NCBI GenBank assembly: GCA_964386565.1
Contig: CAYLRU010000008.1
Coordinates: 8,110 to 72,109 of the forward strand
Source of the DNA: an uncultured Desulfobacteraceae bacterium
GTDB lineage: Bacteria > Desulfobacterota > Desulfobacteria > Desulfobacterales > UBA5616
Reading direction: 5' to 3'
DNA: 64,000 nt
How positions within the stretch are numbered: the stretch's first letter is position 1; every line of letters begins with the position of its first letter. The position numbers and the translations under genes are program-made. Below the pieces are notes generated by a model. It saw only the letters and a list, made by a program, of their open reading frames with translations. It did no database searches and had not been told where the DNA came from. Positions 1-10,487 of this stretch are shown piece by piece.

Positions 1-1656
1 CGTTATCGCCTGCCGGAATCTGCCCTTGGGCACCACCCGAATCAAGGCAACAGCCGCTAAAATATTTAACCAGACATACCTGGGCGCATTGGGTTCATGC
101 CAGGTCAAAACCGCCATTGCCAGAGAAAGAACGCCCCATCGCCAGTTCCACAGCTTGAAAAAACTGACGGCAATCATCAAGACCAGGAAAAGATCCATCA
201 GCGTCCATTGCCTGAACCAGGTATTCTGAACATTATCAACCCCGCGCATGGTCAGCACGTTCCATCCCGGTGGCAGGTGCAACACCGAATCGACCTGCTG
301 AAAATCATGGGTCCAGCCGGTTACCGGCAAGTCGCTGATTTCATTTTCGTACCGTGAATCAGCCGTCAGATTCAAACCGCCCCGACGGACTTCCACCCCT
401 TGTCTGTCAGATCCCGGCAGCGTTGTGATAAATTGGGGGATTCCATCAATGAGAACCCGGCCCAACTTGATTTCCGGACCGGTTTCAAGTCGCCATCCCC
501 GCGTCATGGTACCGGTAATCCGGTCCTGGATCGTATACCCGGATCCGTCAAAATCCAGCCACAGGTTTCGCGTCAGGGTCAGTTGATCCGGCGTCGGCTC
601 AGGATCTCCCCGTCGAATGACCTTAAATGTCATGGTGTCGCCGGATTTCACCCGGTATGCCGGCAAATGGCGCCATCCGGCGGGCAGCGTGGTCTGGCGG
701 GGATCAATCGCCGGCACACCCTTTATCTCCAAAAGCCGCAGGTGATTTCGACCGTCGAATACCCAAATTTCTTCATCCGGCCAGGGATCGGGGTTTTTAC
801 TCAAGGTCAGGGATATCTGCTCTGTTGTGCTTCGGGAAATGACTTCCACATGCCAGTTGCCCGGCCGAATCTGAAGACGAAGCCGTCCATCCGCTTCAAG
901 CCTCGCCGGAAGGGGGCTTTTCAGGTTCAAGGGGATAAAGTCCCCTGGAAGGGCGCCCTCCAGGAACACTTCCCGCTGATTTCCCGAAACCTGCAGGTCT
1001 ATTGCGGTAATCACCTCCATGGGGATTTCATCGACGATCAATCGAAAGACCTGTACGTCAAACCGGTCTTTCACCTCTTTCCGATCAGCAGCAACGTCCT
1101 GTTTTTTAAGCCACAACCGTCCATTTTCATCGATATCGGGAAATGCCACAAGCCGGCCATTCATAAAGACCCTGACAAGGGCCGTTTCACGCGGTATCAC
1201 CATTGCATCGGGAAGGATCCGCCAGGAGAACTCTCCGTGGATGCGATATATTCCCGGATTAAGCAGAACGCTTGGCCGGCCGTTTTTCGCCAACACTGTT
1301 GCCGGAACGCCATTGACAAAAATCTTTTGCGGCCACAATTCCATGCTGCCGGGCAATGTCACCCGGCTTTCCCCAAATACCTGCCAGGTCTGTTCAAAGG
1401 ATGCCGACGTCTCCTTGATTTCCAGAACCAGGGCCGTAGGCCATGCACATCGGCGTTCTTTCCCGTCGTTATATAAATGGGGGCAATCCAGGTCTTTTTC
1501 ATCATCCAGCACCCAGTCCACCCAGGGCCTGAGGGGTTCCGGCACCTGTTCAGGCGTCATGCCATGCGTATCAGATAAAAGCGCTGTCCAACTTATACAA
1601 AGCACAACCAAAAACCGAAATCCAGTGCAACACCATTTGAACCCCGGCACTTTCAT
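1..1656 (-). CDS. hypothetical exported/membrane protein; C-terminus cut by the window edge (552 codons visible)
   Basis: Absent from the supplied ORF track because it runs off the window. My translation of the minus strand is open from ATG 1656-1654 (AAGGAGG SD at 1669-1663) to base 1. It starts MKVPGFKWCCTGFRFLVVLCISWTALL (signal-like) and has a TM-like stretch LMDLFLVLMIAVSFFKLW near the edge. The plus-strand ORFs 400-1476 and 1019-1702 look like antisense shadows. Confidence 0.6.
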   Translation of the reverse strand, partial: MKVPGFKWCCTGFRFLVVLCISWTALLSDTHGMTPEQVPEPLRPWVDWVLDDEKDLDCPHLYNDGKERRCAWPTALVLEIKETSASFEQTWQVFGESRVTLPGSMELWPQKIFVNGVPATVLAKNGRPSVLLNPGIYRIHGEFSWRILPDAMVIPRETALVRVFMNGRLVAFPDIDENGRLWLKKQDVAADRKEVKDRFDVQVFRLIVDEIPMEVITAIDLQVSGNQREVFLEGALPGDFIPLNLKSPLPARLEADGRLRLQIRPGNWHVEVISRSTTEQISLTLSKNPDPWPDEEIWVFDGRNHLRLLEIKGVPAIDPRQTTLPAGWRHLPAYRVKSGDTMTFKVIRRGDPEPTPDQLTLTRNLWLDFDGSGYTIQDRITGTMTRGWRLETGPEIKLGRVLIDGIPQFITTLPGSDRQGVEVRRGGLNLTADSRYENEISDLPVTGWTHDFQQVDSVLHLPPGWNVLTMRGVDNVQNTWFRQWTLMDLFLVLMIAVSFFKLWNWRWGVLSLAMAVLTWHEPNAPRYVWLNILAAVALIRVVPKGRFRQAIT

Positions 1657-1769
1657 GGATCGCCTCCTTGTATATTACAACGTTCGGAGTGATAAACGAT
1701 AAGCAATCAGTAATAAGGGGGGGATAAAATACGGTGGATCATCACCCATCACTCATTGCCCTTCCCTCA

Positions 1770-2090
1770 TTATTTATAATCCTCTCTTACCGGACTGAAC
1801 ACATCAATGATGTAGCAGTCCGTCAATGCCTTTCCTACATGGGGAACATTTGACGGGATCACGGCGATCTGTCCGGGCTCCAGAATATGGGTTTTGCCGC
1901 CGATGGTAAACTCGAACTTCCCTTGGATCACATTGGACACCTGTTCATGCTCATGAGTATGCTCCGGAACCACGGCGCCGGCATCCAGTATCACCTGGGA
2001 AATGGTCATTTTTTCCGTATGAACGAGCCTTGCCCGGCATCCGGGAAAAAGTTCCCTATAATTCATGTCTTCGGGTTTTAAAAAAGCCAT
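1770..2090 (-). CDS. cupin domain protein (106 aa)
   Basis: The last 106 aa of ORF 1770-2315 carry a cupin pattern (PEHTHEHEQV ... IPSNVPH). The internal ATG at 2090 follows a GGAGGAAAC SD. The 75 upstream codons are low-complexity and have no SD. Confidence 0.75.
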   Translation of the reverse strand: MAFLKPEDMNYRELFPGCRARLVHTEKMTISQVILDAGAVVPEHTHEHEQVSNVIQGKFEFTIGGKTHILEPGQIAVIPSNVPHVGKALTDCYIIDVFSPVREDYK

Positions 2091-2434
2091 TTCGTTTCCT
2101 CCGTTCTTCATATTTCCTGTTGCCGCTGTCAAACTTTCCGGTTTCAAATTTTTAACCCGTGGATCCCGCGGATCCAACCGGTCAAACCGCCGAAGGGACC
2201 GAAGCAGAAACACCGGGCCGAAACCGACTTTTTGCAGCCCCGGGCGGGTTTCCATTTGATTCGTGGCGAACCTGACTTCCAGGCGATGGAAAAACGACTT
2301 GAAATTTTTATCCATCGCCTATAATTTCATTTTTATTGATAACGGGCCTTTAATGATATACGATATAAGCTTCATAATAATTTCGCATTATACCCGTTGA
2401 AGGGGAAAAACACAATATAAGGAGCTAGAATCTG

Positions 2435-4147
2435 TTGAAGGTACCAAGAATAAACACATGGTTTATCGTTTTTGGCTTGTTGCTCGCGATGACATTCAGC
2501 AAGTCTGCATTTCCCGAAGAACCGTCCAGGATATTGATTCTTCCGTTTAATATTTATTCTGAAAAAGACATCTCGTTTTTAAAAAGCGGCATTTGGGACA
2601 TGTTGTCAACCCGGCTGTATCATGAAGGAACGGTATCCATCATGGGAAAAACCGTATCCCAAAACGCCGTGGAAACTTTTTCAGGTCCCGTTGATGAAAG
2701 CTTGGCAATGAACGCCGGTGAGAAACTCTCGGCCGACTACGTGTTATTCGGAAGCCTGACCGTTTTCGGCGATACCATCAGCACGGATGCCCGGTTCATT
2801 CATGTTCCCAGCCGGTCGGTAAAGGTGACGTTTAACCGGTCCGGCACACAACACGGCGATGTTATACTGCATATCAATGAGTTTGCCCGGATCATCAACG
2901 AGACCGTCTTCGGCAACGTCCCGGTGGTTAAACCGGTTCCCCAAAAGCAGGGCGCCATACGGGAAAACCGCATGAATCCTGAAATCTTGTGGAAAAAAGA
3001 ACAAGGCAACATGCCCATTGAAGATAAATTGCCGGCAGCACAAATGCCCCCTGCCGGACCAGGAAATCAGGAACAGGTTGCCGTGGTTTCGCCGTCGCCC
3101 GTTAAAAAGCCCGCTACGGATCGGCCCGTCAGATTCTGGAAAAGCGCTGAATTTTCCTTTAAAATAAACGGTATGGCCGTTGGGGATGTTGACGGGGACC
3201 GGGTGCCTGAAGTCGTTTTTATTACCCAAAGGGATATTTATGTTTATCGCATCAACGAGAACGGTATTGAAAATTTTTCCGTTATTAAAGGAAGGAGAAC
3301 CAGCAATCTGATCAGCATCGATGTGGCGGATATAAATCAAAACGGAAAGGATGAAATATTTGTTACGAATTTTCTGACCGGAAACGCCGTTAACAACTCT
3401 TTTGTACTGGAATGGAACGGACAAAATTTTAAAACCGTATCGAACAGGCAGGACTGGTATTTTCGTGTGATTAAGGACCCTGAAAACAATCCCCTCCTCT
3501 TAGGTCAAAAACGGACCCGGGAAGATGAATTCTTTTCAGGGCCGGTAAAGAGGCTTGCCTATCGAAACGGCGGTTACGAGGCTGTGGAATCCGTTAAACT
3601 GCCTGCAGGTATGAATCTTTATGCCTTCAGTCTGGGAGATGCGTTAAACGACAACCGAAAGCTGATCGTTACCTATGCCTACGACGATCGTATTAAAATT
3701 ATCGACGAATCCGGCAACGAAGACGTCACCGGAGATGATTCTTACGGCGGAGGGAGCGTCCTCCTGGAGTTTCCGTATAACCGGAATTCGAATGCAAAAG
3801 AAGAAGACAGGTATTATATCCCCCAGCGTCTCTTTGTTGAAGATCTGGACAACGACGGAAAAAATGAAATTGTGGCGGTGAAAAACACCGATTCCTCGGG
3901 CCGTCTTTTCAAGCGTTTCAGGCACTACAAGACCGGCCTCATCGAAGCGCTCCAATGGAATGCCCTGGGATTCGACAAAAAGATAAAAACAAAAGAAATC
4001 TCTGGATATATTGCCGATTATGCCGTTGTCGATCTCAATCGTGACGGGAACAAGGAACTGCTTTATGCCGTGGTTAAAGGCGGCGGCCCGTTTTTCGGGA
4101 AGGAAAAAAGTTTCATTGTCTACCAGCCTTTTCATAAGGCTGACTAA
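2435..4147 (+). CDS. secreted FG-GAP/VCBS-repeat protein with CsgG/LpoB-like N-terminal domain
   Basis: 570-aa ORF with a TTG start 10 nt after AAGGAG and a signal-like N-terminus. N-domain: ILILPFNIYS...ADYVLFGSLTVFGD. Four FG-GAP-type Ca-binding motifs: DVDGDRVPEVVF, DINQNGKDEIFV, DLDNDGKNEIVAV, DLNRDGNKELLY. Confidence 0.8.
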   Translation: MKVPRINTWFIVFGLLLAMTFSKSAFPEEPSRILILPFNIYSEKDISFLKSGIWDMLSTRLYHEGTVSIMGKTVSQNAVETFSGPVDESLAMNAGEKLSADYVLFGSLTVFGDTISTDARFIHVPSRSVKVTFNRSGTQHGDVILHINEFARIINETVFGNVPVVKPVPQKQGAIRENRMNPEILWKKEQGNMPIEDKLPAAQMPPAGPGNQEQVAVVSPSPVKKPATDRPVRFWKSAEFSFKINGMAVGDVDGDRVPEVVFITQRDIYVYRINENGIENFSVIKGRRTSNLISIDVADINQNGKDEIFVTNFLTGNAVNNSFVLEWNGQNFKTVSNRQDWYFRVIKDPENNPLLLGQKRTREDEFFSGPVKRLAYRNGGYEAVESVKLPAGMNLYAFSLGDALNDNRKLIVTYAYDDRIKIIDESGNEDVTGDDSYGGGSVLLEFPYNRNSNAKEEDRYYIPQRLFVEDLDNDGKNEIVAVKNTDSSGRLFKRFRHYKTGLIEALQWNALGFDKKIKTKEISGYIADYAVVDLNRDGNKELLYAVVKGGGPFFGKEKSFIVYQPFHKAD

Positions 4148-4155
4148 ATTCCGGT

Positions 4156-5922
4156 CTAAAGGATCCGACGAAACCTTTTTTCCAGGTCAGCCACGGTCCA
4201 TCGGATCCAGGTGGGGCGGCCGTGAGGACAATTGTCCGGATTTTCACACCGGTCCAGTTGAGCCAGCAATTCAGCCATCTGCTTGTCTGAAAGGGATTGA
4301 TTCGCCCTTATGGCGCCATGGCAAGCCATGATTTTATGGCATTCATCAAGGGCTTGTGTCAAACCCGGGGTAAATCCGATATCCATCATTTTCTCGATGA
4401 TTTCCATAATGATCGGCTTGATGTCGCGATCTGCCAGCAGACCGGGAACGGCCTTCAAGGCAAACGTGTTCCCGCCGAACGGTTCGATTTCAATTCCGAT
4501 TTTTTCCAGTTCAGGTATCAGGTCATCCAAGATCCGGGCTGCATGATATCCTACATCAAAGGTTTCCGGCATCAGCAGTTTCTGGCGATGGACAGCGTTA
4601 TTTTCAGCCCGGTCCCGGATACGTTCATACAAGACCCGTTCATGGGCCGCATGCTGGTCGATGAGAATCAGACCGTCTTCTCCCTGGCATACCATATAAG
4701 TGTTATGCAATTGCCCGATGACCGCCAGATCGCCGAAAAACCGCTTCTGCCAGAGATCCTGCTGCTTGACGGATTCTTTCTTTAAAACAGAGGGTCCGGG
4801 CAGTGATTTTGTTTCCGGGAAAAAATCATCTACAGGCTCCCTCACCTGTTTTTCCACAGGAGGCACCGTCCGTAAACCAGTCGATTCCCGAACCGCGTTT
4901 TTAAAGCCGGCCGCCTCAGGTCGTACCATTCGGGTTCCTCCCTTAAATACCCCGGATAAGGCCCGAACCACCGCATCATGGACCTGCTTCTGGTCTGCAA
5001 ACCGGACTTCATGTTTTGTGGGGTGTACATTAACATCCACCCTTTCCGGGGGAAGATCGATAAAAATGACAACCAGGGGATATTGCCCTTTCATCAGGCG
5101 TCCGGAAAACCCTTCGAACAACGCGTGGGTAATGACCTTGTCCCGGACAAACCGTTTATTTACGAAAAGATAAATCCCTTTTGAGGTACTTCGTGCATGT
5201 CGATCCGAGGCGGCCCATCCGGAAACCGATATACCGTTTTGATCCCATTCCAGGGGATAAAGATCGCCTTCCAGTTCTTTTCCCAGTATATCGGCAATCC
5301 GGCTTTTCGGATCGGACGATGATGTCCAGTTATAGACCGTTTTACCGTTATGGGTCAGTTTATATCGAATGCCCGGACTCCCCAGCGCCATCCGTGATAC
5401 CACATCGGCAATATGCCCCATCTCCGTGTTTACGGTTTTTAAAAATTTTCGCCTTGCCGGCGTATTATAGAACAGGTCTTTCACCGTAATCATGGTACCC
5501 CGGGGGGCGCCTACTTCCCTGACCCGGGTGATTTTTCCTCCCTCGACAATGACCTCTGTTCCCGACGGAGATGATTCATCCCGGGTTATCAGGGAAAAAC
5601 GGGAGACCGAAGCAATGCTGGGCAGGGCCTCACCCCTGAATCCCAGGGTACCGATGGAAAACAGGTCCTTGTCCGTATATATTTTGCTGGTGGCATACCG
5701 CTCAATGGCCAAAAGCGCATCATCGTGGCCCATGCCGATGCCGTCATCCGATACGCGTATTAAAGAACGCCCCCCTTTTTCCACTTCAATGTGAATGCGG
5801 GAGCTTCCGGCGTCTATAGCATTCTCCGTCAATTCCTTGACCACGGAAGAAGGGCGCTCCACCACCTCGCCTGCGGCGATCTTATTGGACAGAATTTCCG
5901 GAAGAATTTTTATGCGGGACAT
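4156..5922 (-). CDS. mutL: DNA mismatch repair protein MutL
   Basis: GHKL ATPase N-terminus IKILPEILSNKIAAGEVVERPSSVVKELTENAIDAG and C-terminal dimerisation/endonuclease region (ACHGAIRAN). Start is either 5922 (MSRIKIL) or the upstream in-frame ATG at 5943. Confidence 0.95.
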   Translation of the reverse strand: MSRIKILPEILSNKIAAGEVVERPSSVVKELTENAIDAGSSRIHIEVEKGGRSLIRVSDDGIGMGHDDALLAIERYATSKIYTDKDLFSIGTLGFRGEALPSIASVSRFSLITRDESSPSGTEVIVEGGKITRVREVGAPRGTMITVKDLFYNTPARRKFLKTVNTEMGHIADVVSRMALGSPGIRYKLTHNGKTVYNWTSSSDPKSRIADILGKELEGDLYPLEWDQNGISVSGWAASDRHARSTSKGIYLFVNKRFVRDKVITHALFEGFSGRLMKGQYPLVVIFIDLPPERVDVNVHPTKHEVRFADQKQVHDAVVRALSGVFKGGTRMVRPEAAGFKNAVRESTGLRTVPPVEKQVREPVDDFFPETKSLPGPSVLKKESVKQQDLWQKRFFGDLAVIGQLHNTYMVCQGEDGLILIDQHAAHERVLYERIRDRAENNAVHRQKLLMPETFDVGYHAARILDDLIPELEKIGIEIEPFGGNTFALKAVPGLLADRDIKPIIMEIIEKMMDIGFTPGLTQALDECHKIMACHGAIRANQSLSDKQMAELLAQLDRCENPDNCPHGRPTWIRWTVADLEKRFRRIL

Positions 5923-6094
5923 ACAAAAACCAGGCCGATCCAATTTGAAAGTTGACAGGTTGTTCAGATTTCAGGCTGACTGTTCGTTTTGTGAATGGTG
6001 AACAAGTTAAGACTGTACCGGGCTTTTATTCCGGTTCTCCTGAAGCCTGATACCCTGAACCCATAGCCTGTGGCTTATAGCCTATCCATCTATT

Positions 6095-6274
6095 TCAACA
6101 TTTCTCTTTACAAAAACGAACCAGATATTCCTGCTCCTTGGGGGACAGGTTAAACCGGAAACCTGCTTCGCTGACCCATTTCTGAACAGGGGTATGCGGA
6201 TATTGGGTTCTCTGCTCGGAAACCCATTTTACGGCATTTCTGATGGCATCGCCTTCGGGCATAATGGTCGTCAT
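6095..6274 (-). CDS. small hypothetical protein (59 aa) distal to gatA
   Basis: ATG 6274 follows an AAGGGG SD-like sequence. The ORF begins 15 nt after the gatA stop on the same strand. No recognisable motif. Confidence 0.4.
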   Translation of the reverse strand: MTTIMPEGDAIRNAVKWVSEQRTQYPHTPVQKWVSEAGFRFNLSPKEQEYLVRFCKEKC

Positions 6275-6288
6275 GGGAAAACCCCTTT

Positions 6289-7758
6289 TCAAATTGATGA
6301 TAAAGCAGGCTTTTTAAGGGGAACCGCTGTTGCCTGCTCAAAATTATGGGCGATCTTCAGTAACATCTGCTCGTTAAAATGCGCCCCCAGGATCTGAAGG
6401 CCGATGGGAAGACCTTCCGGCGAAAAACCGCATGGTACGGACATGCCGGGTATTCCGGCAAGGTTGGCGGACAGGGTGTAAATATCCGATAAATACATGG
6501 TCAGAGGATCATCGATGTTTTCCCCGATTTTAAACGCCGGTGTCGGCACCGTGGGTGCAAGAATCGCATCACAGAAACCAAAGGCCTTTTTAAAATCATC
6601 CATAATCAGGGTCCGAACCTGGGATGCTTTTTTGTAATAAGCGTCATAGTATCCGGCGGAAAGCGCATAGGTTCCCAATATAATCCGGCGCTGGACCTCC
6701 GGGCCGAATCCCCTGGACCGGGTCTTCCGATACATGCCGATCATGGATGTGCCGGTTTTATCCCTGACGCCGTATTTCACCCCGTCATAACGGGCAAGGT
6801 TTGAACTGGCTTCCGACGGCGCAATTAAATAATAGGCAGCCACCGCATAGTCGGTGTGGGGCAGGGAGACATCCACACAAGTTGCCCCCAGGTCTTCAAT
6901 GGTTTTGACGGCCCGGTTTACGGCATCTGCCACCGAAGGGTTCAATCCATCCACTTCAAAGTACTGTTTCGGAATCCCCACGGTGCATCCTTCAAGACCG
7001 GGGGTTAAAAACGCGGTATAATCCGGAACATCTTTGGGTACGGATGTTGAATCTTTTGGATCATAGCCCGAAATCACGTTCATCAGCAAGGCGGCGTCAA
7101 AAACGGTTTTGGTGATGGGACCGATCTGATCCAGGGAAGACGCAAAGGCCACCAGGCCGAATCTGGAGACACGGCCGTATGTGGGTTTTAATCCCACAAC
7201 ACCGCAATGGGAAGCCGGTTGACGGATGGACCCCCCGGTATCCGAGCCTAGAGCGCCGAGGCACATATCCGCAGATACGGCAGCGGCCGATCCACCGCTG
7301 GATCCGCCGGGTACCCGGCTGATATCCCAGGGGTTTCGGGTCAGCCTTAATCCGGAGTTTTCCGTGGAAGACCCCATGGCAAACTCATCCATATTCACCT
7401 TGCCCAACATCACGGCACCTGCCTGATTCAGCTTCTCCATTACCGTTGCATCATACGGCGGAATAAAATTTTCAAGAATCTTCGATGCGCAGGTCGTCCG
7501 GATCCCCTTGGTGCAGATCAGATCTTTGATGGCAAGGGGAATCCCGGTCAACGGTAATATATCACCCTCGGCGATCATGTAATCCGCGCGCCGGGCCTGC
7601 TCCATTGCCGTCTCAGGGGTCACCGTAATATAGGCACCGATTTTGTCGTCCACTGCTTCGATGCGATCCAGAACGGCCCGGGTCAATTCCGTTGATGATA
7701 TGTCTTTATTCGCCAGAAGCCGGTGTGCTTCCTGAATGGTGAGTTCATGATACGTCAT
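6289..7758 (-). CDS. gatA: Glu-tRNA(Gln)/Asp-tRNA(Asn) amidotransferase subunit A
   Basis: 489 aa with the amidase signature [11 protein letters not shown] and conserved GatA blocks ([18 protein letters not shown]). Directly downstream of gatC. Confidence 0.97.
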   Translation of the reverse strand: MTYHELTIQEAHRLLANKDISSTELTRAVLDRIEAVDDKIGAYITVTPETAMEQARRADYMIAEGDILPLTGIPLAIKDLICTKGIRTTCASKILENFIPPYDATVMEKLNQAGAVMLGKVNMDEFAMGSSTENSGLRLTRNPWDISRVPGGSSGGSAAAVSADMCLGALGSDTGGSIRQPASHCGVVGLKPTYGRVSRFGLVAFASSLDQIGPITKTVFDAALLMNVISGYDPKDSTSVPKDVPDYTAFLTPGLEGCTVGIPKQYFEVDGLNPSVADAVNRAVKTIEDLGATCVDVSLPHTDYAVAAYYLIAPSEASSNLARYDGVKYGVRDKTGTSMIGMYRKTRSRGFGPEVQRRIILGTYALSAGYYDAYYKKASQVRTLIMDDFKKAFGFCDAILAPTVPTPAFKIGENIDDPLTMYLSDIYTLSANLAGIPGMSVPCGFSPEGLPIGLQILGAHFNEQMLLKIAHNFEQATAVPLKKPALSSI

Positions 7759-7778
7759 TGTATGTGTATTACTCCTTG

Positions 7779-8078
7779 CTAACCGATAACCGTTGGAACC
7801 AAAAAAAACCCGTCTTCTTTTTCAGGAGCATTGGCCAGTGCCGCTTGCCTGTCAAGATGTTCTCCTTCTTCATCCTCCCGGAACGCGTTGTTTAAAAAGA
7901 TCGCATGGGAAGTAGGCTTGACGCCTTTGGTATCCACTTTGTTCAATACGTCGACATACGCAAGAATCGTCCCGATTTGATCGGCAAATTTATCCGTCTG
8001 CTCGTCTTCAATATCCAGACGGGCCAGTTTCGCCACATGGGCCACTTCTTCCTTGGTAATCTTCATTTCCTCTTTCAC
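7779..8078 (-). CDS. gatC: Glu-tRNA(Gln)/Asp-tRNA(Asn) amidotransferase subunit C
   Basis: About 95-99 aa. [18 protein letters not shown]...[13 protein letters not shown] is typical of GatC. Start is GTG 8078 or ATG 8066. Confidence 0.9.
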   Translation of the reverse strand: MKEEMKITKEEVAHVAKLARLDIEDEQTDKFADQIGTILAYVDVLNKVDTKGVKPTSHAIFLNNAFREDEEGEHLDRQAALANAPEKEDGFFLVPTVIG

Positions 8079-8089
8079 CTGATTTTATG

Positions 8090-8812
8090 TTAAAGGGTAA
8101 TCAACAGTGCGTCATACTTCTCGGATTTTAGCCGGGAAAGCATCTTTTCCGCTTCTTCCTTGTGCCGGAAAGGTCCCACCCGGACCCTGTACCACCTTCC
8201 TTTGCCTGAAATACTTGAAGCCATGCTGTAAGCCGAATACCCTTTCTGTTTCAGCTTTTCCACCATTTTTTCCGCCGCGGCCCTGTCTTTCAATGAGGAC
8301 ACCTGAATGGTCCACCGGAAGTCTCCACCGGCCGGTTGATCCGTTATTTTCGATTCTTCTCCCCCGTCCGCCGGTTTTTGCATCATTTCCGCGGGTTGTT
8401 CTTTTTCCGGTTGAATTGTGGATTCTTTTACGGCAACCGGTTTGCCTGCATCCGGCTTTTCGGCTGCAGGCTCTTTCTTTACCGCGGTAACGGCATGAAC
8501 CGTTTCGGACTTCTTTAAATCTTCATAAAATTCAAGATGTTCCTTCTTATTCACCGCCTTGGACAGATCTTCAAATTGTTCCCTTTCTTTTTTGATCAAT
8601 GCTTCTTCAAGTGCCGCTAATTTATTCTGAATTTTTTCAATATCGAACTGCACCGGCGCCGTTCCCCTGCCCACAAGAATTCCCAGCCCGAACATCCAGA
8701 TCGATGAAAAACAGATCAGCCCGATCCAGAAGCCGGACCCTTTTCCGGGTCTTTCAGCCGACTTGTTCTGTTTCTGGCGCACAGGCCTGTTATTTGACGA
8801 TTTTTCCGTCAT
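8090..8812 (-). CDS. SPOR domain-containing protein (septal peptidoglycan-binding)
   Basis: One TM segment (FWIGLICFSSIWMFGLGILVG), a charged linker and a C-terminal SPOR fold signature (WTIQVSSLKDRAAAEKMVEKLKQKGYSAY...WYRVRVGPF). Start placed at ATG 8812 so it does not overlap argS; the ORF extends to 8860. Confidence 0.8.
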   Translation of the reverse strand: MTEKSSNNRPVRQKQNKSAERPGKGSGFWIGLICFSSIWMFGLGILVGRGTAPVQFDIEKIQNKLAALEEALIKKEREQFEDLSKAVNKKEHLEFYEDLKKSETVHAVTAVKKEPAAEKPDAGKPVAVKESTIQPEKEQPAEMMQKPADGGEESKITDQPAGGDFRWTIQVSSLKDRAAAEKMVEKLKQKGYSAYSMASSISGKGRWYRVRVGPFRHKEEAEKMLSRLKSEKYDALLITL

Positions 8813-8822
8813 ATCGCATTGG

Positions 8823-10487
8823 CTACATTTTTTCCGGTGATGTAACGCCCAGCAGGGCAAGTCCGTTGCGGATGACCTGTTTAACCGCGGTGACGAGATA
8901 TAAACGGCCCCGGGTTAACACCCTGTCATCCGATAACACACGGTGTTTATTGTAATAGGTATGGAACGCGGATGCAAGGTTTATCAGATAAAACGTAATC
9001 CTGTGGGGCTCCATGAATTCGGCGCTGGTTTTAACCACCTCGGGATATCCGGCCATGGCCCTGATCAGGGCGATTTCCTCGGGGGTGACGAGCCTGGATA
9101 CAGCATCCGCATCATATGGGATTTCATCGAATCCGCGTTCCGCAGCGTTCCTGATAATGCTGGATATCCTGGCATGCACGTACTGTACGTAATATACCGG
9201 GTTGTCGTTGGATTTTTTCTTTGCCAGTTCCAGGTCAAAATCCAGGGGGCTTTCATGATGACGGGTTAAAAAGATAAAACGAGCCGCATCACTGCCCACT
9301 TCGTCAACCACGTCTTTTAATGTAACGAATTCACCTGCCCGGGTGGACATGGCAACAGGCTCGCCTTCCCGCAACAGATTTACCAGTTGAACCAGAATAA
9401 CGTCAAATTTTTCCGTTTCATGTCCTGAAGCGGCGATGCAGGCCCGCATTCGCGGAATATAGCCGTGGTGGTCGGCCCCCCACACATCGATGATTCTGGA
9501 AAATCCCCGATCGAACTTATCCCCATGATAGGCAATATCCGAAGCAAAATACGTGGTGTCTCCATTGCTTCTCACCACAACGCGGTCTTTCTCATCCCCG
9601 AACGCCGTTGTTTTAAACCACCATGCCCCGTCTTTTTCATACACAAGGCCTTTTTGTTTGTAATCCTCGATGGAGCGATCCACCTTGCCGGCATCATATA
9701 AGGCCTGTTCGCTGAACCAATTGTCGTATTCGATGCCGAAGTTTTTTAAATCCTTCCCAATCTCATCGAGGATATGCTTGGCGGCAAACCGTGCACATTC
9801 GTTGACAGCCTCGTTTTCATCCATCTCCAGCAGTTTGTTTCCCCTTGCCGCCTGGATCATCCTTGCGATATCGGTGATATACGCCCCCTGATAACAATCT
9901 TCCGGAAAAGAAATATCAATACCGAACAAGGCCGTGTATCGTAAAAAAACGCTGCGCCCCAGCGTGTTGATCTGACGTCCGGAGTCATTAACATAGTACT
10001 CCCTTTGAACGTCGTATCCGCAGAGTTTCAAAATATTGGCAACCGCATCCCCCACGGCGGCGCCCCGGCCATGCCCCACATGCAAGGGACCCGTCGGGTT
10101 GGCACTGACGAATTCCACCTGCACCCGTTCATTGTTTCCCATATTTACGGCGCCGTATGTTTCATTCTGCACGTGGATGGTTTTCAATACGGGATGCCAT
10201 GCAGACGGTTTGACAAAAAAATTAATAAACCCGGGACCGGCGATCTCCACTTTTTCGAACAGGCCGTCCATATCAACGATTTGGCTGACAATGGCCTCGG
10301 CGATCTTTCTCGGGGCCATCTTTAAAACGGATGCGGACACCATGGCGATATTGGTGGAAAAATCCCCCTGGGTCTCAAATTTGGGCTCTTCGATTTCAAC
10401 GGCCGGAATATCCGGCGAGTTCAACATCTTGTTTTGGTAAGCACTGCGGGCCGCAGCCGTTACCAGTTTTTGTATCGTGTGCTTCAT
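8823..10487 (-). CDS. argS: arginine--tRNA ligase
   Basis: Class I HIGH motif ([12 protein letters not shown]), DALR anticodon-binding C-terminus and the terminal ...PEKM typical of ArgS. ATG 10487 lies 9 nt after GAGGA; the ORF extends to GTG 10517. Confidence 0.96.
   Translation of the reverse strand: MKHTIQKLVTAAARSAYQNKMLNSPDIPAVEIEEPKFETQGDFSTNIAMVSASVLKMAPRKIAEAIVSQIVDMDGLFEKVEIAGPGFINFFVKPSAWHPVLKTIHVQNETYGAVNMGNNERVQVEFVSANPTGPLHVGHGRGAAVGDAVANILKLCGYDVQREYYVNDSGRQINTLGRSVFLRYTALFGIDISFPEDCYQGAYITDIARMIQAARGNKLLEMDENEAVNECARFAAKHILDEIGKDLKNFGIEYDNWFSEQALYDAGKVDRSIEDYKQKGLVYEKDGAWWFKTTAFGDEKDRVVVRSNGDTTYFASDIAYHGDKFDRGFSRIIDVWGADHHGYIPRMRACIAASGHETEKFDVILVQLVNLLREGEPVAMSTRAGEFVTLKDVVDEVGSDAARFIFLTRHHESPLDFDLELAKKKSNDNPVYYVQYVHARISSIIRNAAERGFDEIPYDADAVSRLVTPEEIALIRAMAGYPEVVKTSAEFMEPHRITFYLINLASAFHTYYNKHRVLSDDRVLTRGRLYLVTAVKQVIRNGLALLGVTSPEKM

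Noticed and set aside
400-1702. Long plus-strand ORFs 400-1476 (358 aa) and 1019-1702 (227 aa)
   Set aside because: Their sequences are Arg/Pro/Gly-rich and low-complexity with no SD. They lie antisense to a fully open minus-strand frame that has a strong SD and a signal peptide, so they are shadow ORFs.
2260-2267. Another TTCGTGGC/GCCACGAA 8-mer in the cupin upstream region
   Set aside because: An 8-mer is expected about twice by chance in 128 kb of two-strand sequence. No partner arm, U-tract or the other shared blocks are nearby.
2091-2315. 75-codon N-terminal extension of the cupin ORF
   Set aside because: There is no SD at 2315 and the sequence is unusual (RSLRRFDRLDPRDPRVKNLK). A perfect GGAGGAAAC SD precedes the internal ATG at 2090, and the cupin domain is complete from there.
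5966-6060. Possible third copy of the leader motif (TTTCAGGCTGA ... CTGAAGCCTGA ... CCCTGAAC) between the small ORF and mutL
   Set aside because: Only the short TTCAGGC/GCCTGA pairing is shared. The GCCACGAAGGT arm, U-tract and downstream SD are absent, and the orientation (plus) does not precede any plus-strand gene. Likely chance.
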